This document shows positions 27,170 through 40,297 of a stretch of 64,000 nucleotides of DNA, piece by piece. The translations under genes and the position numbers were made by a program. This DNA comes from Schmidtea polychroa. Taxonomy: Eukaryota. The notes under the pieces were generated by a model. It saw only the letters and a list, made by a program, of their open reading frames with translations, made no database searches and was not told where the DNA came from. Position 1 is the first letter of the stretch; the number at the start of each line of letters is the position of its first letter. Where the stretch lies: assembly GCA_044892525.1 (NCBI GenBank), contig CM097885.1, positions 47,493,727 through 47,557,726 on the forward strand. The letters are read 5' to 3'.

Positions 27170-27560
27170 TGTACGATAAACAAACAGTTAGGACACTGGG
27201 CCATCAAATCTAAATTTCGTTGTGTAGAAAATATTATGGTTCGATATTTGCCCGAAACAACGTTGTATAATAAGTTCTCCCTACGCAGTGATAACAAGAA
27301 CCAACAATCTATGGCAAGATTCAAAAGATTGTCAGTTTTGTTAGAGGAGATTGAGCTTTTTGACGAATTCTTCTAATCATATTCTTGATGCTCCTGACTG
27401 ATGGTAATTTACCAGCAACTGATTCATTCACATTTGCAGATGTGTTTGCCACAAGTTGCTTCCAATGTACCAACAGTACGAATCTTTTTTTTTCTCTAGA
27501 GTTCTCCATTGTTTGGTCCTTGGTGTATAAAATCTCCAAAATGGTACATGAGTGTGTCAT
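27170..27560 (-). pseudogene. Degenerate Mutator-like (MULE) transposase fragment
   Basis: Minus-strand pieces KLPSVRSIKNMIRRIRQK and IFSTQRNLDLMAQCPN resemble the region preceding the MULE catalytic DGT motif; frameshifted. Confidence 0.55.
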
Positions 27561-28202
27561 AAATTGAACATGCGGTATAATTTGTTAATAATTTGCAAAC
27601 TTAGTAAAGATCAAACGACGTGATATGTTTCATCTTGACATTTGGTACTGGTAACAGTCATCGTGAATATTACACCATTCCAACGCAAGTGATTGAAAAA
27701 ATAAATAAAGAGTAAATAATATTTTTAATAATTACAGAATAATAATAAAGTTTCAAAATTTTAGTGTCAAAAGTATAATTTTTTAATTTAATAGAAGTTT
27801 AATTAATTATTAATTAAATCATTATAGTTCCAAATTTTCTGGATTATTACACGCATCTATGTAACGCACAATAGTGAACTTTGACCTATTTTATTTTGAT
27901 TCTTATAAAATGCCAACCTAGCAGTAGTAGTAGCAGCAACAGTAGTGACATAGCTGTTGAAACGACCACTAAAGTATGTAGTTTTATTGTAATTTCTTCG
28001 AGGGTATGACCATCATACTCACCTTTGTATTACCATTTTCTTTGATATATATATTATAAGGTTTGAAAAAATTCGAAGGTTTTTGACTCTTTGAAGGTTA
28101 TTGACCCACCATTTTAAATTATTTTATTGTTTAATAAATGTATTGATTATAATTACCTTTTGTTTGATATTTTTAAAGTTTTTCATTATAATTATTAATT
28201 AA

Positions 28203-28454
<252 letters not shown>

Positions 28455-30751
28455 GCACATATCTTTTGGTGTCTGGCAGTTTATTGATTAAAAAAGCATT
28501 AATAGTAAATTTCCCCAGCAGAAAACGAATAGAAGATTTATCGTTGAAATAAGACAAGCTGTGACAGGGGTAATAACCACCAGCTGTCGACTAGGTTTGT
28601 TATAAGAGATTTCCTGAACAGAGAAGAGCAGAGTAGCTAAGTTACCACTAGCTGTGAAAGCAAATTCAACAGATTTTAACCGTTAAGGTTAATTAATCCA
28701 TTTGATAAATAAAAGTTTAAAAGATCAAAGCACACACGACCCCAAACATCAGCATTTCTGTCTGAACTGTTTGTGGGAAATAAACTTTGAGAGGGAGCAA
28801 TTTAAGAACGATAGACCGATTCTGGTTCTATTCGATAGTGTAAAGTTAGGGACTTACCCTCCAAATATTGGTCTATTCTTATTATACAGCGCTGAGAAGC
28901 AAATAGATCCAGAGTGTGTTCTTTTCTTGAGGACGGTTCGAATAACCGATTTCTGTGCTTAAGCAACAGTGGTAATTTTGGGAAACTCAATTAGCAAATT
29001 GTAAATACTTTGTGCATAATAAATATGCTTTGAAAAATCAATAAATGTTGTTATGATACTTAATCCATATTATTATTTATACACGCTATTTATCTTTTCG
29101 AGTCAGATAAATCAGTAACTGTGTTAGGTATTTTTGTCCACAAGATCAATCGTAACACTGTGTTAGTGATCCCCTGGAAAGAGTGTTGGGTTATTACTAT
29201 TAAAGTGAGTACTCATTCGCACTCCTCGTGCTCTTTGTCTCAGTTATCCCCATAAAATCCAACACAAAAACACTTTGTTAAATATCAACAAAGTAATCAA
29301 TTACACATTTTAGTTTTGCATTCTGTAGTAAAATCGATTGCAGGTGACCCTAAGGGAGACCGCTTTATTCAGATTTAATAATGATCTTTATCTTCTTAAA
29401 GTTCGAATTGACTAAGCTTCTTACTCTTTACTCACGATATAGTGCTTTCCTTTCTTAGACCAAGTGAAATTTGCCTAACATTGTCGTTTGCTATTATATT
29501 GTTTTTCATCCCGCTTATTCTCACAATTAAATTAGCATTGACCAAACTTTCAAAAAGCAGAATAATTGAATAGGTGCCTTCTCGCCTTTGTTCACAGATC
29601 TCGCTATGCAAATTTAAAACTAATAATTTTGAAAGAAACCTAATTATATTATCCACTTGCTTACCGTTTGGGTTTCCGACATAATAATAGATTATTCATT
29701 TATTTTTAATTAATTTATATTTATTTAAAATCTTTTCTGGGGACCACCATGGGTTTTATATTAGTATATTTGTGTTCGTCCCAACGTTCGCTATCAGTAC
29801 GGAATACTTTATTTTGATTTTTTACAAGTTTTATTGATCGTATTTTATTGATTTGCACATTTAATATTTTGCACATTCCAACTTATTTTGATCTTTTTGA
29901 AACCCAACAAGAGTAAAGTTCTAATCAAAGTAATTAACTCTACTTTCTTTTCCTTCAAAAATTAATTCTTATTTACAACTACTCGAAATACTATTTTTAA
30001 AATTTCAAAAGTGGATGAAAATTAATGAAAAAGAATTTTCGAAAATTTCCGATAATTAATTTTAATTGGAATAAATAATTAATAATTGAAAAATTAATGT
30101 CCTAGAAAAATAATAATTTTACAAAAAAAAATTTCTACTTTAATCGTAGAAATTATTAAATAAAAATACATTAAAAATATTATCAGAAAAAAATATTTGT
30201 AAAATTTAACTGAATGTTATGTTTAGAAATTGCTTTTTAAGCATCAATAAAAGCCAAAATTCACATTAAAAGACACGCTTTAAGCGCATACACACATGCA
30301 CGCACACAAACTCTATAAAAGTCTATGATTCACATGTCGCATCACTAATAGAAAGAGATAATCAATATGGAAACTGCCACTTTTCAACTATTAGTCATTC
30401 TGAAATCAGTTAGTTTTCAAATATAATATGCAAATATAATATTACGATTATTTAGTAGAAAAATTAAATTTTACTGTCATTTTTCAATTTTTACTTAACA
30501 TTTTAATAAAAAATTTAGAAATAATGGTAAATTTATTTAAGTTTTTATACTATATTCTATGAAAAAATAAGATCTAACCGAAAAATAATCCTAGTACGAT
30601 TTTTCAAGAAACTTGTAAGAAATTCAGGCTGGAAATTGAGATTCTGAGAAGTTGTGAAGATTTTCTATAACAAGGATGTATTCAAATCAATGTAGATTTT
30701 ATTCCATGAAAAAAAATAAGATATCCCCTAAAAATAATCTCCCGTGCATAT

Positions 30752-33700
30752 TAGGGCTTGCAATACCGGATCAAATTTTCAAAACCGGTATTTCGGTATT
30801 TCATTATATTAATACCGGGATCCCGGTATTAATACCGGTATTTAAGAAAAAACAAAAAAAAAAGCAAAACTACACCGCAAAAAATAGAAAAAAAATATTT
30901 ATAAAGAAAATAAAATATTTAATTCAATAACGAATAATTCGAAACAATAAACTTTTTTTTAAAGTGCCACAAAAGACAAAAAAAATATAAAATAAAAAAA
31001 GAGTAATAATATAATTAATAATATATAAGAATAATAAGTCCTATGTCCTATTGTTGTGATTTGCCTTTAAAATATGCCCTCAAAAATGTTAAACTATCAA
31101 GAGTTTTGTCGCTTAAGCTGGATCGAATTTTTGTGCACAACAGCCCTGCTGCTGAAAAGGCTCTTTCGGACTCGACGCTAGTTGGTGGTATGGACATAAG
31201 GCAGTCATATACTAGTTGAAGATATTTTCCTCTAATATGTTCTACTTCGAAGTATGCTAGTTCCTGTTTTATAACTTTATAAAGTACTTTAGAATTCATC
31301 GTTTTTGAAATTCCACTCGCAGTATTCATCACATTAACTTTCTTGGAAATTGCCATTTCTAGTTTTTCTTTCATTGTCATCGAACTTAGAATTTCTGGCT
31401 CAGAATCAGCAGATAACTCAGAAACGTCGATGGAAGAGGCTCCTATGTTTTCAATATCGATGACAAATTTATAATAAATTTTATGATAAATTTATAATTA
31501 TTTTTATAATTGTTGCGTTGTTAATTCGATTAAAAATTTCATTTTGGTCGTCATCTGCTGATTCAGTAGGATTGTGTAGGTATTGTAGTAGACTCGATAA
31601 ATCAGTACGCCTTTGTTTTATACGAATAATTAGCTCTTCTTTGAATTCATTACTTAAAGCAGTATTCTGTTCTGTCAATTGATTAAACATAAATAGTAAA
31701 GCTGCATCTGCGCTAAGAAGAGTAGCATCTTGACGACAACAAGCTTCAACAGTTAATTTGATTGGAAGAAGAACTGAAATAACTGATGATGCTAAAGAAA
31801 AATCAATTTCCGAAAATGATATTTCGGCATTTAAATTTAAATCAATCAAAGCCTTTTGTATGCAGTTCTTTAACTGGACAAAGCTTTCTAGCATAGCAAG
31901 TAAGCTATTCCAACGTGTTTTAGAATCTAGAATTAAATTCAGTTCCTTTCCAAATTGTTCTTTAACATGTTTCTGTAAAGCTTTATCATTTTTCATTGGC
32001 GAACGTCTGAATAGCTTCACAACCTTTCTTATTTTTTTAATCAATGGACCTATCTGTTCATGAATAATTAAACAGTCAATTGCATTGTTTTCTTGAAGTA
32101 TGGATAAACTATTATCATCAAGATCACTATCATTTTCATCACTTGTATACTGGTTATCATCTTCGTTACAATTAGAATGTTCATTTTCTAAATTTTGGTG
32201 TATCATATTTATATATAAAACCTTAATGACAGCCAATTGAATTCCGTGAACTAAGCAAAGTTGTTTCCTTGCACAAATCAACTTTCCAACTTTGGTCATG
32301 ACAGATGCACCATCGGTTGTAATGCACACAATGTGTTTATTTAAAGAAACTTGGAATAATTTAAGCCTTTCTTCAACGAGGGCAACACACTTTTCTGCAG
32401 GCAATGATCCTTGCACGCGAACTAATCCTAGGTTCCAGAATTTCTTGATGCCAGCATGAACATTTATATTTAAATAACGTCGGTTTTTTACCGATGTCCA
32501 TTCATCAAATGTAAGACTAAATCGTTGTCCCGAAAGAATTTGAGATTCTAACTCTTTAATCATATTTGCACGAATTTTTTCACTGTACTGCACAACTAAA
32601 TTTTTTATAGAGTTTATAGATTTTGGTATATTTTCATACCCTCTGGCAGTTAAACCTTTTCTGATATCCACGGAAGTGCAAAATATGTTAAACGACAAAC
32701 CGTCACATGCCGTCATACGAGCTAAAACTGCAGACAAAGAATTGTCCGTTTCCGAAACGAAAAATGTTGTTATTTTCCCGCTAGAAACTCTGTTCACTAT
32801 AGACGTTGATGGTTCTGGCTCAATTTCAATCAGAAGGTTGGAGCTCGGAGCATTTCTTTTTTTTAATTAATTTGGGGGAGTGTCTTTAGGTGGGTATGCA
32901 AACCACTTGTACTACCTCCTTGCGTTTTTATTACTTTGTTACACTTCTTACATTTTGAAATTTGTCCCTTTTTCTCACGAAGAAATTAGAACCATACGGA
33001 ATTTTCATCAGCTGATTTTTCCTCAAAAACATAGTTTTCCATGGCTAAAAAAACAGCGTTTTAACTTTAAGTAAATTACAGAATTGTTTGAATATTTGTA
33101 CCCACTTATTAAAACGGCAGAAATCTTGCTATTCTTTATTATTATTTATTATTTTTAATTTTTAAAAAACCCGCAGCAGTGCGCTATGATAGCGCCGCTA
33201 TCTATATAAATATATAGAAAATAAAAATTTTACTTATACTTAATTTTCACACTTTTAACTTACCTTTACCTATCTGCTATTTATCAATTGAATTAATGAT
33301 TATTAATTATAATTATGATTTTAAATATTTTTTAACTTTTATATTATACACAAACACAATTCTCTAAATTTTCAAAAACTTTACAACTGAACTAACTAAC
33401 TATTCTTTATAAAATAAAAAACATAGCTTCAATATTGAAAATTTGGAAAAATAGAAAACAATAATTTCCCATAGAAACGGCTTGCTATGTGAATTTGTGT
33501 CTTTTTTAGTATTTTTTTAGTATTAGAAAAATAAACGTACAAAAAGGCTCTTTCTTAATGTAAAAAAAACAAATAGTAGGGCCACCTGTACGTAAATTTC
33601 AAAATTAGATTTAATCTTTAAACATGACAACACCTAAACATATGCTAATTAGTTATAAAAAATAAAATAGTTAAATAAAAATGATATGAATGTTAACTTA

Positions 33701-33808
33701 CAGCAAAAAAATTTAATACCGGATACCGGTATTAAGTGGTCATTAATACCGGTATTGAACGGTATTAAAAATGTCGGTAATACCGGGATCCCGGTATTGC
33801 AAGCCCTA
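30752..33808 (-). mobile_element. hAT DNA transposon (Ac/hobo-like, BED finger)
   Basis: 18-bp TIR TAGGGCTTGCAATACCGG, 8-bp TSD GTGCATAT (30744-30751, 33809-33816), subterminal ATACCGGTAT repeats. Confidence 0.96.
31048..33042 (-). pseudogene. hAT transposase, disrupted
   Basis: BED-finger remnant (KCKKC...GSTSGLHTHL), SLTFDEWTS, TTDGAS, CLVH, TRWNS and dimerisation motif SIPPTSVESERAFS. Stop and frameshifts near 32990-32850 and ~31480. Confidence 0.92.
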
Positions 33809-34115
33809 GTGCATATGACCCGTACTTATGATCGGTGAAATACGTATTATGCAGTGACCCACCGCAAGGGCAGATTTCATCCCAATAATTATCCCAATTG
33901 CAATCACCAATATTTGATGTCATTACGTCTTTCTTCTGTACCATTTTTCATCTTTCGAACCGTTTCTCTACTTATTTTGACATTTTGTCATCGACTGTAA
34001 ATAAACTAGTTTTCATTAAATATGTATTCGAAAATGAAGTTTAATTCATCATTTATATTTTTTAAGCATTTTTGAATACATAAAAAATTGCGGTAAAAAT
34101 TTTTAGTAAATAGCA

Positions 34116-34611
34116 CAGTGTTGTCCAAACTGTGTGTCGTGGCGGGTGCTCAGGTGTGCCGTGAAATTTTAAAAAAAAGTCAAAAAAACCCTGTTTTTCC
34201 AAACAACTTAATAAAAGGAAATTGAATTGTGGATATTTTAACAGTTATTTCAAATTTAAATGTTAATCAGTCAATTAAATCAAAGAAGCGAGAACGTATG
34301 GTTAACATTGATCAAGAATTAAGAGTTTGTTTGTCAAAAATTCCACCACGATTGGAACTTATTTGTTCGGAACATCAAGCACATAAATCTCATTAACTAT
34401 GTTTTATGAATTTTTCATTCACTAATTTTTCTAAATTTAAAATTTTTTACATTAAATTTATTTCAAGTAAATAAGTTTTTCATTTCTTATTAAAAGATTA
34501 GTAAAAGTGCAATAAAAAATTGCAAATAAAGCAAAAGAAAATTTAGGTGTGCCACGAAAATTTTTAATTCAGCCAAATGTGCCGTGGCTCAAAAACGTTT
34601 GGTCTACACTG
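34116..34611 (+). mobile_element. Non-autonomous hAT (Charlie/Buster-like) element
   Basis: 15-bp imperfect TIR CAGTGTTGTCCAAAC / GTTTGGTCTACACTG; 8-bp TSD AAATAGCA/AAATAGTA; retains the transposase C-terminus IKSKKRERMVNIDQELRVCLSKIPPRLELICSEHQAHKSH. Confidence 0.85.
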
Positions 34612-34892
34612 AAATAGTAGAATAAAATTTCATGAAATATCTTATTTAAATTTATACTGTAATTTATGTTATTCATTGAAACAAATGACAATTTTGAATT
34701 ACTGAATTTGAAATAATCTTAGAATTTTCAATTATTACTACAAATAAACATTGTGAAAATAATTTTCTTTTAAATATTTTGACACACTGACAGATATTAT
34801 AAAAATTAATAAGTTTCCTTACTTTTAGTTGGTACTGAACTTGATTTATTTAGATGTCGTAGGTCTCTGTTTCTGAGGCTGAATACATAGTC

Positions 34893-36243
34893 TAGGGGTC
34901 GGCAACCTACGGCCCGCAAATGATTTTACAAGTTTATGAAGATATTTGGCTGGCCCGTGACCACATGTTAAATAACGATAATAAAGTTAATAAACAAAAT
35001 TGCTTTAATATTCATTAAAATTCAATATTTCAGTTTTAAATTAACTAATGAATTCAAAGAACAGGAAAGTAGATGGGGAGTGTCGAATTTTTAAAGATAC
35101 TTGGAAGTTATATTATTTTTTTATCGAGAAAAATGGAAAGCCAATATGTCTTATTTGCCTTGAAAAGGTTGCTGTGAATAAAGTGGCAAATATCAGGCGC
35201 CCATTACATGACCAACCATTTTGAAAATTTTGAGAATCAAGGAGAGATGAAGTTAATCAGCTTAAATCAAATTTTGAAAAGCAGACATCATTTTTTACGA
35301 AGAAAAGAAGTGAATACCCGTGCAAGATATGAAGTGTCGAGACTTATCGCTGAAAAAATGAAACCGTTTACGGATGGTGAATTTGTTAAACAATGTTTAC
35401 TGACAGTGGTGGATTTTATTTGCCAAGAAAAAAGTCTTTATTTTCTTCCATAAGTCTATCTAGTAGGACTGTCACAAGACGCATTGAAGAGATGTCAACA
35501 GATGTTAAAAGTTGTTTAATGAACGCCTACAACGAATTGCAATATTTTTCAATTGCAGATGATGAGAGGACAGACTTAAATGACTCCGCTAAGCTTGCAG
35601 TATTCATGCGAAGAGTGACTCCGAGTTTCCATGTTTTTGTAGAATTTATTCAGTTAATTCATTTGAAGTTACTGGAGCAGACATCTTTGAAGTAGTGAAT
35701 AATATGGTATCCAAAATGAACTTAGATATTTCAAAACTAATTGGCATCACAACTGATAGAGCACCGGCAATGGCGGGAAATAAAAAAGGTTAGTTCCACT
35801 GTTACAAGAACACATGGAAAATCTTGGAATTCCACAGAAGCTGATGAAAATTCATTGTATTATTCATTAAGAAGCCTTATGCACCAAATCTTTGAAACTG
35901 GAGAACTTAGTGGACACTGTTGTGGAAGTTTTAAATCTGATATTATCTCATGGATTAAATCATCGCCAATTTAGGCAATTTTTGGTGGATACAGAGGCTG
36001 AATAGGGAGACCTAGTTTATTTTTCTAATATTCGTTGGCTAAGCAGAGGTTCAATGCTCAAAAAAGAATATTAAAATTACATAATTAAATTTTAATTTTC
36101 CTTCAAAACAAATCTGTGGATACATAACATTTTTGTGATGCTGATTGGCTCTCATCTTTGGAGTTTCTTGTGGAAATTATGAGTCATTTAAACAACTTGT
36201 ATTTACACTTGCAAGGTAAACCTGAGATTATAAATAAAATGGA
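34893..36243 (+). mobile_element. Truncated hAT (Charlie/GTF2IRD2-like) transposon with pseudogenised transposase
   Basis: Left end TAGGGGTCGGCAACCTACGGCCCGC. Fragments RKVDGECRIF, KPICLIC, KPFTDGEFVKQCL, ISLSSRTVTRRI, YFSIADDE and RWLSRG; several frameshifts. Confidence 0.85.
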
Positions 36244-36245
36244 TA

Positions 36246-36602
36246 CTTCCGTGTTATCTTACCCCAAAAAATTAAATTAAAAAAGAACACATATAATTAT
36301 TATATTTATTTTCTAAATCACAGTTACAAACTCAGCAAATCTTTGTAAAGAGTTTGTAAATGGTTATCCAGGTGACCAGAAAACCACAATGTCGTTGAGA
36401 ATAGTGTCGAACACATCGGCTGTTGCTTAGAACACGTTTGCGCCAAATAAACACACATAATCACATAAATCACATATAGCCTTAATAAATTCATGTTCAA
36501 TAATGTTCAATAACGTCATCAATAATGTATTCTCTCATTTTTTATATTGTTATTTTAATTGTATTTTATAATTTAATTTTTGGGTGTAAGATAACACGGA
36601 AG
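36246..36602. mobile_element. MITE with ~32-bp TIRs and TA target duplication (Tc1/mariner-type)
   Basis: TA-CTTCCGTGTTATCTTACCCCAAAAAATTAAATTA ... TAATTTAATTTTTGGGTGTAAGATAACACGGAAG-TA. Confidence 0.88.
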
Positions 36603-36718
36603 TACCATAAAATGTTTGGTCATATTCTTGTATTTGAAAAAATTCACCTTAGGGAATACCAGCTTCAACATGAAAATTATACACATTTTCAATCTCTTCA
36701 GGAATACAAACCACAAAC

Positions 36719-36925
36719 CTAATTTGCTCCCGCAGCTGCTGTTATACCAACAAAGATTAATGGTAATAAAGCTGCTAATGGAAGAATTCCTCCATGTTTC
36801 AATTCTTTGACTTTTTCTTTTGAAATGTATGCTTTATTACCATTATAACTTATTGTTTTTAGTTTACCATTTTCAAAGATTGATTTTGTTTTGTTTATTA
36901 ATTCTTCATCCACATCTTTTGTCAT
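36719..36925 (-). pseudogene. Truncated Polinton core/membrane-active protein of the older element
   Basis: KHGGILPLAALLPLI: a GG protease-site-like motif followed by an amphipathic segment, comparable to QQGGFIGALIPL at 41521-42015. Lies downstream of the split integrase. Confidence 0.55.
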
Positions 36926-37104
36926 TTTTAATTGTGAAAAATCGTAATCAAAATTGAAAATAAAAATAAGAAGAAAGATAAGTTTAAGGGTTTTGGTTTA
37001 ACTAAAGACTTGTTGATAAAAATAAATTCTCAGGATTCAAGAATTGATTTTCTTGGAGCATTAAATCCTAAACCTGAAAGTCTGTAAGTTTTGCAGGAGA
37101 AGGG

Positions 37105-37158
37105 TTTTGAGAAATTGAAAAATAGTTTTTTGTAATTCTGGTAGATAAAATCTACCTA
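37105..37158 (-). pseudogene. C-terminal piece of the older Polinton integrase
   Basis: Removing 37159-52747 and one TSD copy restores the minus-strand frame LNDEEILG-RFYLPELQKT (the Polinton integrase G.FY..ELQ motif). Confidence 0.85.
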
Positions 37159-37853
<695 letters not shown>

Positions 37854-38066
37854 TATTTCTATCACAAAACATAGTTAACAAAAAACATAGTCGAATATTA
37901 TAAAATTTATAGTATTGTGTTAGCACACACTCGTTATAATAATTAGCAATACAGTTTTTATGGTGTATCAAATCAAAACCTTTCTTTTACATTTATAGTC
38001 TATCAACCAATCAAAATCATATGGTATTAGTATAAATAAAACATTATATTTTAAATTAATTTAGAA

Positions 38067-38595
38067 ATGTCGCAACCAAATTTTATGGAAAATGTTCTAA
38101 ACGGAATTGTCACCGCGAATATAGTCGACAGCCTCAATTTCCTGATCAATCGAACCGAACAAATCATTGAAGGTGAACATATCGATTATCAGCAGATGAT
38201 GGAGATGGAATCCCTGGAAACCAAGAAGTATTACTTCAATAGAATATTTCAGTGTCTTTTCGATGAAGACATGAAATGGACAAGGATAATTGTAGGATTC
38301 ACCTACATGAAGATAATCATTGCAAAAGGTCAACATGACTCAGAACATTATTATCAGTGGTCTTTAGAAGTAAGATTTCTTTTATAATCTATATTTTAAT
38401 AATATTCATTTCTAGATAATCAAGTCCAAGTTTACCCCATGGATAGAAGCCAATGGCGGATGGGGTGTATTAAATAAACTGGCCTGCAATTTTAAAGAAA
38501 CTGATGAAATCAAAAGAAAAATGAAAAACTTTATAAAACTTACAACTGGAGTTGTTATAATGTATATTTTCTGTAGATATATGAATAAAAATTAA
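38067..38595 (+). CDS. Bcl-2 family protein, two exons: join(38067..38369,38416..38595), 160 aa
   Basis: BH1-like LFDEDMKWTRIIVGFTY. After a 46-nt GTAAGA...TTCTAG intron come BH2-like FTPWIEANGGW and a hydrophobic C-terminal tail FIKLTTGVVIMYIFCRY. The same splice sites occur in the copy at 56777. Confidence 0.88.
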
Positions 38596-38639
38596 TGTTA
38601 TTGTTTTTAATAGTATATTTAAATGAAAATAATTCAATT

Positions 38640-38965
38640 TTAAAATTTATTAACACATTCGCAATCGTCATCTCCACATTTCATTATATTTTCAACGACA
38701 TGATCAATACAATCATTCGTAATATTATCTTTAGGTTCATAGATTTCGTCATCAATTTCTTGAGTATCGGTTTCTTCAAATCTTGAATCTTGACTCTCAA
38801 CTACCCAGCCGATATTTAATGCATTTGTAACAGATAATATATCCTCAATTTTTACACCAGATATTTCTGCTAATTTTTCCAACAAAAAGTTGATTAATAA
38901 TTCTAAATAATAAATAATTCAGTATTTAATTAATCATGTTAACCTTTTTCTGCAGTCATTTTCAT
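38640..38965 (-). CDS. Small acidic protein with Cys-rich C-terminus, two exons (intron 38903-38943)
   Basis: MKMTAEK-E-LLINFLLEKLAEISG...KCGDDDCECVNKF after removing a 41-nt GT..AG intron; homologue at 57350-58212. Confidence 0.65.
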
Positions 38966-39092
38966 CACTTTAAAACTATATTATAAGTTTGTTTATAGAT
39001 TTTCTTTGTTAAATTTGCATGTCATTTGCATTAATGTTGCAATTAATAAAGAGAAAAAACAAATATGACTAATACATTTATTAAATATAACA

Positions 39093-39512
39093 TTAAAATA
39101 GTTGTGAAAGTCTAGCAGACATAATTTTCCAAATTGGAGAATACACATCATTATTATCTACTTTATATCCTTGGATTGCAATTGTTATATACCAATTTTC
39201 GTTTTCTTTGAAACCGATTTCATCAAAGGAATCATAAAATCTTGCATATCTGTTGTTGAACCAGGCATGTTGATTACAAGATAGATTCGTATTCAACCGT
39301 TTGAAAACCTCATCAATAGATTTAATATCTATCATTGAAAGCGTGCCGGATAAGAATTGAAATTTAGTTGGAATTAGCTTGATCGGCGACGCCAATTTCA
39401 TATTGATTTCTTCTTTTAAAAAATACATTTTATAGTTGTGGAACATTTGAACAGGTTGTACAAGTTCTGGAACAACTTTTGGCTTTTCAGTGCTTGAAAT
39501 TTTCTTTGTCAT
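39093..39512 (-). CDS. Hypothetical Polinton accessory protein (139 aa)
   Basis: Clean ATG-to-stop ORF with upstream TATAAAAA; C-terminus conserved at 58361-58455. Confidence 0.75.
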   Translation of the reverse strand: MTKKISSTEKPKVVPELVQPVQMFHNYKMYFLKEEINMKLASPIKLIPTKFQFLSGTLSMIDIKSIDEVFKRLNTNLSCNQHAWFNNRYARFYDSFDEIGFKENENWYITIAIQGYKVDNNDVYSPIWKIMSARLSQLF

Positions 39513-39764
39513 CGTGAATTATGATTAAAATGAAATGGTACAGGGTTTTTATACCTATGACTATTGTTTATCAACCAATCAGATTGCTGTATGTCTTTGT
39601 TTAAATTGCATGTCATTTGCATTAATGTTGCATTAATGTTTTTATTATAAATATTGTTTTTTATTACTATTATTACTTATATTATTATTACTATTTCTAT
39701 TACTATTATTATTATTATTTCTATTATTTCGATTTACAAAAACAAAACAATTCAACATAAAAAT

Positions 39765-40176
39765 TTATTTTGATACAATCTGACTCGAGTGGTGATTTCT
39801 CAGAGTCTTCACCAAACACCATTCAACATATTGTTGATAACGGAAATTGCAACAGCTACATCCGAAAATGCAAGGAGCCTCTGGTTTCATTTCTTTCATC
39901 CCCCTTCCTATCTTGATATCCCATAGAAAGGTGTTTATTATATCAAATATCCAGATTCGTGTTTGGTTGTATACCAAATCCGGAATGATAGCTTTATCTC
40001 TATCTTGTAGAATTTCATTTAATTCTGGATAATACAAGCATAATCTTTGCAGGATAATTGATTGATATTCATCTGTAAAATATATATATATATTAATGTA
40101 ATAATAAAAATTTGAAATTACCATAATTTGCATGCTCTTTCATTGAGGTGATTGCGGAACTTTGTATGTTGTACAT
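39765..40176 (-). CDS. Hypothetical Cys-rich accessory protein, two exons (intron 40073-40121)
   Basis: MYNIQSSAITSMKEHANY-D-EYQSIILQRLC...PCIFGCSCC after removing a 49-nt GTAATT...TTACAG intron. Confidence 0.7.
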
Positions 40177-40297
40177 TTTTGTTGAATAAATGACAACTAA
40201 ACCGAAAACATTTTGTTATAAATAATCATCAGCCAATTAGATTTCGACCAATCAGAATCATGCATTTCAATTGCATTGAATTTGTAATGATAAATAA

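Noticed and set aside
28560..29157. Possible solo LTR (TGTGACA...GTAACA)
   Set aside because: No matching TSD, PBS or partner LTR in the window.
30560..30751. Possible pogo/Tigger-like MITE interrupted by the hAT element, continuing at 33809-33846
   Set aside because: Only one plausible end seen; the opposite TIR and TSD were not found.
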